From positions 12,958,001-13,022,000 of the forward strand of contig NC_043024.1 in NCBI RefSeq assembly GCF_006345805.1: 64,000 nt of DNA, read 5' to 3'. The notes beneath the pieces are model-generated. The model had not been told where the DNA came from. It did no database searches and saw only the letters and a list, made by a program, of their open reading frames with translations. Below are positions 52,899 to 64,000 of this stretch, in pieces (the stretch's first letter is position 1; every line of letters starts with the position of its first letter). The DNA comes from Octopus sinensis (lineage: Eukaryota). A program made the position numbers and the translations under genes.

Positions 52899-53057
52899 TA
52901 TATGCTTGTATGTATGTACATGCATACACATATGAAAAAGTATACAATATGTTATATATATATATCATATACAATCATTTAATATATACTTATATAAATG
53001 TATACACATCTATCATTGAATATAGATACACGAACACACCCACATATAGATATGTAC

Positions 53058-53094
<37 letters not shown>

Positions 53095-53599
53095 AATTAT
53101 GTATACATACATATAGAAATATGCACACGTTTATTAAATGCATATACATACACACAGACACATAGATATGTATGTATCTGTTAGTGAATATATATATATA
53201 TACTTGTACAGTGTAATTTAAAACTTAGCTCGACAAATAACCATAATTTTAATTCCAAGAGTGGGTTCATTATGCAATCTACAATATATAATTTGCATTA
53301 TATAACCAATTATCATGTGATGTTAATGAAATATACGTAAGATGGTGTAATTAACTATCTAATAAAGTCTCTAATGATTCCTTTTTTTCTACGTTTCTAT
53401 TCGTATATTTAAATATGTAGAGATTTTAGATGTAAATTTCAGCATCATGTGAAACGTCAATTTCTATGTTGACTTCAGTTCTATAGCAATGGCGTATGTT
53501 ATAATGCATAAATTTTCATAATAGGCCATAACCATAATGAAGAGCCTACCATATTAGACGAAACAGAAAAGCTGCAGTGTCCTTGAAATATTTCTGAAT

Positions 53600-53606
53600 A
53601 TATATG

Positions 53607-53639
<33 letters not shown>

Positions 53640-53967
53640 GTATGTATATGTATATAAGTATATATATGTATATATATGCATATATATAAGTATATATAGT
53701 AATATAATAAGAGTTGATAATATATTTAATGGTTTAAAAAAAAACAACAACAATTATTTACTGGTAGATTTCGGGATGTAAATATAACCATTAACGGTAG
53801 GACCTTCTATAAAGTTCAGTATATATATTGTATATAAATAAAAGAGGCAGGCAACTGGTTGCTTAGCTGCATACCGCAAAAATTAGAAATAGCAGTCAAA
53901 GACTGTTTATTTCTATTTTTCTGTATGCGGCTAAGCAACCTGTTGCCTGCCTCTTTTATTTATAAGT

Positions 53968-54009
<42 letters not shown>

Positions 54010-54554
54010 CGACCAAAATGCCTCCAGTCCAACGGACGGTGCTGAGTTGTCAAACATTTAAACCAAATTTTCTCAAAACAACTTGTCCGACCGTCCCATA
54101 GGCCTCCCCTTTGAGTAACGCTGATTTAACCTAAATTTGAGACTCAGCAAAAGAAGAAATAAAGATAGATAAATTTTTCTATTCCAAAGAAAAACGTTAT
54201 TCATACAAATAGACAACCGAAGGGTTTAAAGTACCAGTAATGATAAGGCTGTTGACTGGGACAACACAAACATAGTTTAAACAGTAAGCTTGGCAGGAAA
54301 GAAACGTGTTTTGTTTTCATTAAAAAATAATTAAACATAGCTTTGTTTCAATAAATTTTTTGATTTTGTAAAACGAAGTTAAGGAATAAAAAACTTTTTG
54401 AGAAACCAAATAGTCTTTCCTTCCTTCATGCCAACTTTGAAGAAAATATCTCTTTTGCATCTTACTTTTTTGGTCTCTTAAATATACTGCATTTTGTGGC
54501 ATTATTTCAAACCACACACACACACATATATATATATGCGTATATATATATGCA

Positions 54555-54585
<31 letters not shown>

Positions 54586-55538
54586 GCATATATATATATA
54601 GATATATATATATCTATATATATATATATATATATGTATATGTATGTATATGTATATAAGTATATATATATATATATATATGCATATATATAAGTATATA
54701 TAGTAATATAATAAGAGTTGATAATATATTAATGGTTTAAAAAAAAACAACAACAATTATTTACTGGTAGATTTCGGGATGTAAATATAACCATTAACGT
54801 TAGGACCTTCTATAAAGTTCAGTATATATATTGTATATAAATAAAAGAGGAAGGCAACTGGTTGCTTAGCTGCATACCGCAAAAATTCGAAATAGCAGTC
54901 AAAGACTGTTTATTTCTATTTTTCTGTATGCGGCTAAGCAACCTGTTGCCTGCCTCTTTTATTTATAAGTATATATATATATATATTTATATACGACCAA
55001 AATGCCTCCAGTCCAACGGACGGTGCTGAGTTGTCAAACATTTAAACCAAATTTTCTCAAAACAACTTGTCCGACCGTCCCATAGGCCTCCCCTTTGAGT
55101 AACGCTGATTTAACCTAAATTTGAGACATCAGCAAAAGAAGAAATAAAGATAGATAAATTTTTCTATTCCAAAGAAAAACGTTATTCATACAAATAGACA
55201 ACCGAAGGGTTTAAAGTACCAGTAATGATAAGGCTGTTGACTGGGACAACACAAACATAGTTTAAACAGTAAGCTTGGCAGGAAAGAAACGTGTTTTGTT
55301 TTCATTAAAAAATAATTAAACATAGCTTTGTTTTCAATAAATTTTTTGATTTTGTAAAACGAAGTTAAGGAATAAAAAACTTTTTGAGAAACCAAATAGT
55401 CTTTCCTTCCTTCATGCCAACTTTGAAGAAAATATCTCTTTTGCATCTTACTTTTTTGGTCTCTTAAATATACTGCATTTTGTGGCATTATTTCAAACCA
55501 CACACACACACATATATATGCGTATATATATATATGCA

Positions 55539-55569
<31 letters not shown>

Positions 55570-55590
55570 GCATATATATATATATATATA
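53600..55590. repeat. Near-identical tandem duplication, period about 1003 bp, bounded by (TA)n
   Basis: 53701 onward matches 54705 onward with only a few substitutions and 1-bp indels. Confidence 0.95.
53833..53964. mobile_element. 132-bp fold-back MITE-like element (second copy 54836-54967)
   Basis: TATAAATAAAAGAGGCAGGCAACTGGTTGCTTAGCTGCATAC pairs with its reverse complement with 2 mismatches. Pairing continues inward to a CAGTC-AAA-GACTG loop. TA-flanked. Confidence 0.8.
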
Positions 55591-55721
55591 TATATGCACA
55601 TAATGCTGTTATAATGTTTATAAGATACCAGCTCCTGCCTTAGACGAAGAATTTAGATAATTAAAAACAGAAGATACACACACGCATATATAATATATAT
55701 ATATACACACACAAACAAACG

Positions 55722-55755
<34 letters not shown>

Positions 55756-56564
55756 CAAACAAACACACACTCACACACACACATATATATAACGGCAAGA
55801 TGATGGTGAAGGTGGAAATATATTTGTTCGTATAAAGTGATTATCTGTTACTAAAATCTGTGGAACGTAACAATTCGTTGAACTAACGCAACTGGTGTTT
55901 ATTATTGATGCACACTTCATATGAATAATCAAAAGATTTACAGAAATCTCAAAAATTCCATCCAGTGCAGCTTCGTCCATTTCCGTTTCATTTGCCAGAA
56001 ATTCCAGTCAAACTTTTCAAATAATTACTCGGGAATTTTATTTTTTACAATGAAGGATACATTATATAATTTGGTCGTGTATGTATATCTGTAAAATGAT
56101 TCGAACCTTTTTGGCAAACATTTTCTTGACCGAGGTTGATCTCCAGATTGACTGAAGTAACGTCACATGACAACACCACGAGTAGCAAAACCATCAACCG
56201 GAGCCATGACAAGAAGAGTGGATTGACAAAATAAAGAAATATAGAAATTTGAAAAATAAAGAAATAAAGAAGAGTGGATTGACAAAGAATTATTATTAGC
56301 TACATTATTCCCACATGATGTGGTAGAATTTATATTCGGCTTCAGGGCGTAAGACTGTGATTTCGATTCACGCTGGTGCATTAAAATGGATGTTGCCCCA
56401 GTCTATTCAGCCGACAAAAATAAGCTCTACCTGTTATTCAAAGGGACCAACCTTATCACATTGGGTCGCGCAGATTCTTCCTCAAAACTACGTGAAGCTG
56501 CAGATAGACGTGTCTCTGGGGTGCTCAACCACCTACATGTTAATTTCACGAGCAGACTATTCTG

Positions 56565-56745
56565 AAGGCTGCGAGCTAGCAGAATCGTTAGCACACCGGG
56601 CGAAATGCTTACGTTCTGAGTTCAAATTCCGCCGAGGTCAACTTTACCTTTCATCCTTTCGTGGACGATAAATTAAGTACCAGATACGCATTGGGGTCGA
56701 TGTAATCGACTTAAACCCTTTGCCTGTCCTTGTTTGTCCCTTGGT
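56565..56745 (+). mobile_element. SINE family A with internal deletion, downstream of a degraded family C piece
   Basis: GCGAGCTAGCAGAATCGTTAGCAC...GAGTTCAAATTCCGCCGAGGTC. Confidence 0.85.
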
Positions 56746-57689
56746 CCGTTTAAACAGACATGCAATTAATCATCGAGGAATACATTATCAAATATGTACT
56801 TCATTGTTTTTAATTCTGTTGTTGGTCAGCGCGGGGAAAAGCAGGTCGATGACAAAAGAAGTTCCATCCATGACCAACCCATCTTGTGTTTCCCAATCGT
56901 ATATCGAGTAATATATTGAAATATGGTACCTCATTGTTGTTGCGGTTGATGTTATTCAACAAAAGGTCAGGTCTTACTACGCAGACCTACGATAAAATAT
57001 AATCCTACCAGGACCATCACGCCAATACTTATTTGAGTCATGGGGCGTCCATCACAGAATTAACCGACCTATTTACGATAACACCTTTTTGTAATTTCAC
57101 GATATTTAACTGCTGTTTCTTGCAAGTTGATCGTCCACATACAAATTTTCGTCAATCCACCAAGTAGTGTATATATAACCAGATATAGGTTACAATACGC
57201 GATACAAAACTATTGGCCTTTCTGGCCATGCTGGAGCGCTGCCAAATGTTGTGTTTGTAGTCTCATCATAGCTGGGCCCCCTTGGTAATTCCAGTTTTAA
57301 TCGGAGCTAATTTTCTTTTATATTTTTGGTTTGTTTTCATTTTGCTTATTTTTATTTTTAATATTAAATATTCTATTGATTACTTGCTTGTTATTATTGT
57401 TTTTTTTTCGTTACAGAAATAACGTTGATAATATTTGAATTGTTAATTATAAATCAATATAACTCTAATAATGTAAGAAAACAAAAATCGATATTAGTTT
57501 TAATGATTTTATAAAAATGCTTTTCTTCATATATTTGATGTTTGGTTTATCAATAAATTGCATGAAAGCTACTCTCTGGTGATTGTATCTATCAGAAATT
57601 GGCTGGTCAATTCCGTTTTATGGCTTATTTTAGACAAAGGAAGCAGGGAGGGGGGAAACGGCGGCAGCAGCAACAACAACAACAGCAAC

Positions 57690-57960
57690 AGTAGTAGCAG
57701 TATTATTATTATTATTATTGTTATTATTGTTGTTATTATTATTATTATTATTACTATTGTTATTATTATCATCATCATTACTGTTATTATTATTATTATC
57801 ATTATTATTATTATCATTATTATTATTATCATTATCATCATCATTATTATTATTATTATCATTATTATTATTATTATTATTATCATCATCATTATTATTA
57901 TCATCATTATTATTATTATCATTATCATCATCATCATTATTATTATTAGTTGTAGTAGTA
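57690..57960. repeat. (ATT/ATC)n trinucleotide tract
   Basis: Seen directly. It explains the poly-I, poly-L and poly-M ORFs. Confidence 0.95.
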
Positions 57961-58227
57961 GTGACCTTGGCTTGGTGAAGGAATGAAAATAATTGGGGGG
58001 GAGTAGGATGAGAGAATGAAATCCCCCTCAGTTATGTTGTTGTTTTTTTTTTCAGAGCAGTGACGTGTTACTAATGTTACCAATAGATTTAACCTCGCTA
58101 AAGGTACACCAGAAACCGAATGTTTTGAGAGTTGCAAGTGAGATAAATAATTTGTGTCGGATTAAGTTTGTAAAAATATTATTCTCAAAAATAACGACTA
58201 AGACAACGGCAACAACAACAACAACAA

Positions 58228-58420
58228 CAGCAGCAGCCGTTCAAGAATTTGGACCTGGAGATCTCCATTTCCAGCGACTTCCAGGGCCACCTCCCAGTTC
58301 TGTGGGGCGTCAACGAAGAGCCCTCGACTACAAGACGACCAGAGTTCTTTTTTCTCCAAGCTGTGGACCATCGCCTAATCACCCTTACCCGTGCTGTTGC
58401 TTAACAACAACAACAACAAC
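58228..58420. repeat. Unclassified CAG/CAA-flanked element, copy 2
   Basis: Homologous to 39284-39500 in the same orientation. Confidence 0.9.
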
Positions 58421-60086
58421 CAGTATAATACGAGACAGGCTCCCGCAGAATTCTTTCGCTATTCGACAGGTGATTCTACGCTTTCGGTTGACCTAGGAAT
58501 CACAGGCAAGTCACGGTCAAGTCATTCCCTACTATCATAAAATGGATAAACACCCCAGGGACAATGCTTAGGAACAAGACGGTCACCGATGGAACGTTTT
58601 TGGTTATAAGTCATCTCATAAATGGGGAAATGATACATGATATCTGGGTCAAGAGGGTATCTGGCCAAACCCTTGGGTTGAATAAAATTAGTAAAAGGTG
58701 TTGGGCGAGGTTTATTGCGTTTGCTATTCAATGACCTGACTGCAAAAGAAAGCACACAAACACATACACACACATAAACATACAACCACACACGCACCCA
58801 GAAGGCGCGCAAACGACGGTTGGATCCAGCGAGATAAGCGAAGGAAAGCGAGTTTTGATGGTTACTTAAATTGTTAAGGGTAACAGCCAAAAGCTCCTCA
58901 AACTACGGCCGAGACGATCCACAAAGGACTAAAAGAACACATTGGTAAGGACAGATGTAGAACTAACAGAAAATCTAAGAAGGAAGGACCATGGCGAGAT
59001 GATGTTCATTATAGATCGGCGTCATTAGTATGACGACAACATCGTCCGCCATAATTCGGGTATATGAATCAGCCCTACAGGGAATTCTTGTATTTCAACA
59101 TCTAATTTCATTAATTACAATTAGTGTGACATTTTAAAGTCTTCATCATTTTGTAATAACACGAGAGCGCAATAAGTAGGTCTGATCTGGCGCTATTCAA
59201 AATTAACAACAACAACGACAACAATATCAACAACAACAACAACAACAAGACAACAATATCAACAACCAAACCAACAAGAAAAAATAAAAAGCAAAACAGG
59301 CAACAATAATAACAACAACAACAACAGAAACGACATACGGGAAATGGGTCTTACGAGCAAGCTGTATTCGGTCAAGCGGCATGCTAGCAATAGCAGCCAA
59401 ATTTGTAAATAATAATTGAGTGATCAAGTTAATGATTAACATCTAATGTATTTACGTCATGTTTACTGAATAACTGAACAAAGTATCAACTGCAGAGAGG
59501 GGGGGGTAAACTAAGCAAGAACAAAAAAAAACAGCATTTCCATAAGCTATAGACTAATTAGTAAGAAGCCGTCTGAAGTATTTAGCTTCACAATTAGTAA
59601 GAAAACAGCACCAATTAGCGTGATAGCAATAACCTTATATTAGAAAATGTATATACTAGTCAACTGTACTGAGCATGAGTGTATATATATGTGTGTGTAG
59701 AATGTATGTATATGTTTGTGCTTCTGTGCGTATACACACATACACGGATGTGTGCGTGTGTGTGACATTGATAAATGGACGTCGACGAATATAGGTATGT
59801 ATGTATGTATGTATGCATGTATGTATATATATATATATATATATATATAGTATATATATATATCTGAGTAGATAAACAGAGACGGAGACAGATGTAGAGG
59901 CATCTGTGTGTACGTGTGTATAGCAGTTTTTACAGACGCACATACACTAATTTAACACATACGTCTACAAGTTTACAAAAGCACGCCTTGGCAGTAAAAA
60001 GATACTATATATTATATATATATATATTTATATATGTATATATATGTGTGTGTATATGGGTTATATATATATGTTATATGTATATA

Positions 60087-60186
60087 NNNNNNNNNNNNNN
60101 NNNNNNNNNNNNNNNNNNNNNNNNNNNNNNNNNNNNNNNNNNNNNNNNNNNNNNNNNNNNNNNNNNNNNNNNNNNNNNNNNNNNNN
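60087..60186. other. Assembly gap (100 N) between TA microsatellites
   Basis: Run of exactly 100 N. Confidence 0.99.
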
Positions 60187-60504
60187 TATATATATACATA
60201 TATACATATATACATCTATACATACATATATATATATACATATATATATATATACAATATACATACATACATATCTATATATATATATATATACGACCAT
60301 CAGGGCACTCCCGATTCTCCCCCCCCCTTTCCTCATCAGCCTCCTTCCTCTACTACCCTACCAAGAACTCAACAACGACCTCCAACACACAAGTGCAAAC
60401 AAGGGAGTCAGAGAAAGGCAGAATGCTACTTATATCTGAACACTACTATAGAAATATTCCTTTAAAAAACTTTTCTTCTACTTTTTCTAAATTAATTATT
60501 TAAT

Positions 60505-60550
60505 CGTTACAGTTGAAAAGGTCTCAAATGACGAAACCGGTACTGAAATG
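60505..60550 (+). ncRNA. Complete minimal type I hammerhead-like motif with U3:A8 core
   Basis: CGUUACAG-UUGAAAA-G-GUC(UCAAAU)GAC-GAA-ACCGGU-A-CUGAAAUG: 8-bp helix I with one A.A mismatch, 3-bp helix II, palindromic helix III and a GUA site. Confidence 0.65.
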
Positions 60551-60630
60551 TTCACTATAAATTATTTTAGCATTTTCTATTTTTGACTTGTTTTTTCATA
60601 TATATCAACTCGTGTGTTCCTTTTCACCGT

Positions 60631-60711
<81 letters not shown>

Positions 60712-60994
60712 TGTACTACACACACACACACACATATATATATATGTATTATTATTATTTATTATTTCTAATTCTAAATCTCTCTGAAAGAGACTACGGC
60801 AGCAGTGCTGAGTATTCATAGTTATCGCCGAGCTAACGTGGCAGTCTAGAAAAATAGGACGAATGCTGCCGTTGATTAGCTCCAAGAGGCCTCGCATCTA
60901 GCTAGTTATATGACACACAAACATGTATCTATGACAACCTTTTAACAGGGGATTCAGCAGCCTCCCCATGCTGGTTCATGTATGTATATATATA

Positions 60995-61038
<44 letters not shown>

Positions 61039-61262
61039 GGTATATATATACGTATACATGTATGTATTGTATAAATGATCGTGGTAAGGCCACAACTATG
61101 CGAAGTAAATGCAAGGTAAATCACAAGAGAACACATATGTGAATTAATGTAGACTTTTCTGTATTCAATATTTCGAGGTTATGACCCCATTTTCAAGAAA
61201 TTGACAATGCTGCCGATGTGGGGACATTCGGCAACATACAGACACACACACATATATCTATC

Positions 61263-61319
<57 letters not shown>

Positions 61320-61711
61320 ATACACATATAATTTATCGACTGCTATTTGCAGTAAACATTGGTGACTTGAATCACTTGTATCACTACTCTATCTCTCTCT
61401 CTAAATATAAGGTATAAGTTAGAGGTGTTTAAACCCTCTGAAGGATAGATGTATCCAGAGGCACTCCTAGTAATAACTTCAATATGTATCGTCCTTATTA
61501 TAAGGTATACAGCAGCAGGCAATTTAAAGGTAAACCGTAGTTTAATGTATATATTGCCAATAAGAAAATGGAGGATAAGTAACAATGAGAAGTGGGTCTT
61601 TGGTGTTAAAAAGCCATTATTTAATTACTTAAGAAAGATCTTTCTTAACGAATTAAATAATGGGTTTTTAGCATCAAATACCCACCTCTCATTGTTATTT
61701 ATTCCTACATC

Positions 61712-61749
<38 letters not shown>

Positions 61750-61981
61750 TGTATTTTACCTTGTTAACAATTAACACGGATAAATGAATGAATAGTTACC
61801 AGGGCAGCAAAAATCTCACAAGTAAAGATGTTGTATTGACAAGTTTCGTTTTTTCACTTTCCCGAAGAGAAGATTGCATTGTTTATACCTTTTATTCTTT
61901 TGAATAAGTATCAGTGGAATTTTTGAAACATATGTAGAAAGTAAAAATACTTGTTTAAACCTGCGTTAACTCCATTTTTTA

Positions 61982-62027
<46 letters not shown>

Positions 62028-62319
62028 TAATGTGGGCATAGATGATTGTGTATATGCCGTAGTATATGTAGGAAACGTCTTTCCACCGCTGTATATCTTT
62101 CAGTGTCATCATTATACGATCTCCATGTTACTGCAGTAAAATTCTTCCAGCCTGTTTCCGCATCGATATGTGTTGTACAACAGAGGCTGATAATTGTATT
62201 AAGAGAGGCGGAAAATTGGTTTGTAACGAAAAAATATGGGTGGAGGCTCTATAAATAACTATACATATATGCATGTATATATGTACTCACATTTGTTTAC
62301 ATGTGTGTGTGTACACGCA

Positions 62320-62351
<32 letters not shown>

Positions 62352-62374
62352 CTATGTATATATCGGTCTAATTA

Positions 62375-62423
<49 letters not shown>

Positions 62424-62428
62424 ATATA

Positions 62429-62463
<35 letters not shown>

Positions 62464-62599
62464 CTATATATATATATATATAACATATATTATATATACT
62501 ATATATATGTATATATATATATACATATATATATACATACATATATATATATATATATGTGTGCATGTATATATAAATAATATGTATAAATGCATCTAT

Positions 62600-62760
62600 A
62601 CGATGGGCTTCTTACAGTTTTCGTTTGTCTACCAAATCCACTCACAAGGCTTTGGTTAGCTCACGGTTATAATTGAAGACGCTCGCCCAAGTTGCCACGC
62701 TGTGGGTCTGAACCCAGAACTATGTTGTTGGGAGGGAAACTTCTTAAAACACAACCGCAT
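62600..62760 (-). mobile_element. SINE family B, 5' half
   Basis: CCAAATCCACTCACAAGGC...GCCCAAGTTGCCACGCTGTGGGTCTGAACCC. Confidence 0.75.
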
Positions 62761-62839
62761 ACATATATATGTAAACATATATGTCTACACACACACTAAT
62801 ACGCACACAAAAATAAACATACTATATATATATATATAG

Positions 62840-62879
<40 letters not shown>

Positions 62880-62886
62880 TGTATAA

Positions 62887-62922
<36 letters not shown>

Positions 62923-63207
62923 TAATATTTATCGCCAAGTTGACATGACAGACCAGAGAAATTGGACGAATCCTGGCGTTGATTAGCTCCGACAGGCCAT
63001 CGCCTCTAGCTAGCTGTGTGACACACAAATCTGTGTCCATTACAACCCTGTTCGATTTTGCACTTGTAGTGCCGTTAGCGATAAATGGTGGTGGTGATGT
63101 TGGTGGTGAAGACGATTCTGCTGCTAAAGTTGATAGTAGTTTTGGTAGCTGTAATGCTAATGACACTTTAGATAAAAGAGGAATTCTTGCAGAAAGGCAA
63201 GAAGATG

Positions 63208-63240
<33 letters not shown>

Positions 63241-63903
63241 GGAGAGAGAAAGACAGATGTGTTTACTTAACGTTGACCTGTTTTTGTGAGAAAATGGCTG
63301 TTCTATGATTGTCTTCTCGCTGTACAAATCTGTGTTATAAATGCGTCTACAAAAGATTTCTGGGGTGTGTATATGTGTGCGTAGAACATCTATACTGTGT
63401 GTGTGTGTGTGTGTGTGTGTGAGTGTGTCTGGCGACGTATGTTCTCAGCCAGGTTGTGTATTTCTATGTATGTTTGGTTGTGTCTGTTGCATGTACGTGC
63501 TTTTGTGTGTAGGTTACTTGTGTTTTCCTATGTGTATGCGTTTGAGTATGTACCTGTGTATTTGTGTGTGTGTGTGAGAGTGGGAACGAGAGAAAAAGAG
63601 AGAGAGTCTCTCTGCTTTGCTTGTGTGTGCGTGTCTGGTGCATATTTTGTGTTCTCAGACTTGAGCTTGCCTGCGTGTTGCATAAATACTTATGCACGTG
63701 TATGTATGTTGTTTTTATGTTCGCACGTGACTGCTAGAAATGTATGTTCGCTTTTAGGTGTGCGTGTATATTCGAATTGAATGTGTGCATATATATATGT
63801 CTGTGTATTGTATATGTCAGTGTGTGTTACAAATGTACAAATGTGTGCTAATGTTTGAGTGTCACTATGCACACCACAAGACACCCTCACACACAAACAC
63901 ACA

Positions 63904-63948
<45 letters not shown>

Positions 63949-64000
63949 GGATGCTTCCATTGTATATTTGAGCTGTGATCTGGTGAGGAAATCATATTAC

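Noticed and set aside
53535-53582. ATGAAGA-GCCTA/TAGAC-GAAACAG...CTGC pattern
   Set aside because: C3 and U16.1 are changed and there is no helix I.
57005-57085. FESWGVHHR resembling a Gypsy integrase motif
   Set aside because: Only about 6 matching residues with no flanking DDE context.
2486-63943. Long ORFs rich in YI/CV/HT, poly-I, poly-T or poly-S (for example 29500-30180, 49943-50818, 57558-57986)
   Set aside because: They are translations of microsatellites and low-complexity tracts with no domain signal.

Overview
AT-rich, microsatellite-saturated eukaryotic DNA. By recognition of its tRNA-derived SINE families it is most likely an octopus (coleoid cephalopod) intron or intergenic region; this was not database-checked. 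No host protein-coding exon, rRNA, true tRNA or CRISPR array can be supported, and most ORFs in the track are translated (TA)n/(CA)n/(AAT)n repeats. Identifiable content is decayed mobile DNA: an RTE LINE relic, four R4/Dong-type REL-endonuclease LINE relics, two maT/mariner relics, a Buster/Charlie-type hAT transposase relic, about 30 SINE copies from 3-4 families (some in head-to-tail arrays), a 1-kb tandem duplication and a 100-N gap. The most notable signal is a set of short motifs with minimal type I hammerhead ribozyme (HHR) geometry and a palindromic helix III, of the kind known from Penelope-like elements. Two related copies carry non-canonical cores that co-vary at the 3:8 tertiary pair (G3:C8 at 26630 and U3:A8 at 60513). 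Several motifs sit in fold-back elements, and in one the inverted arm begins at the predicted cleavage site. Boundaries of degraded elements are approximate (about +/-20 bp). All folds were done by eye.
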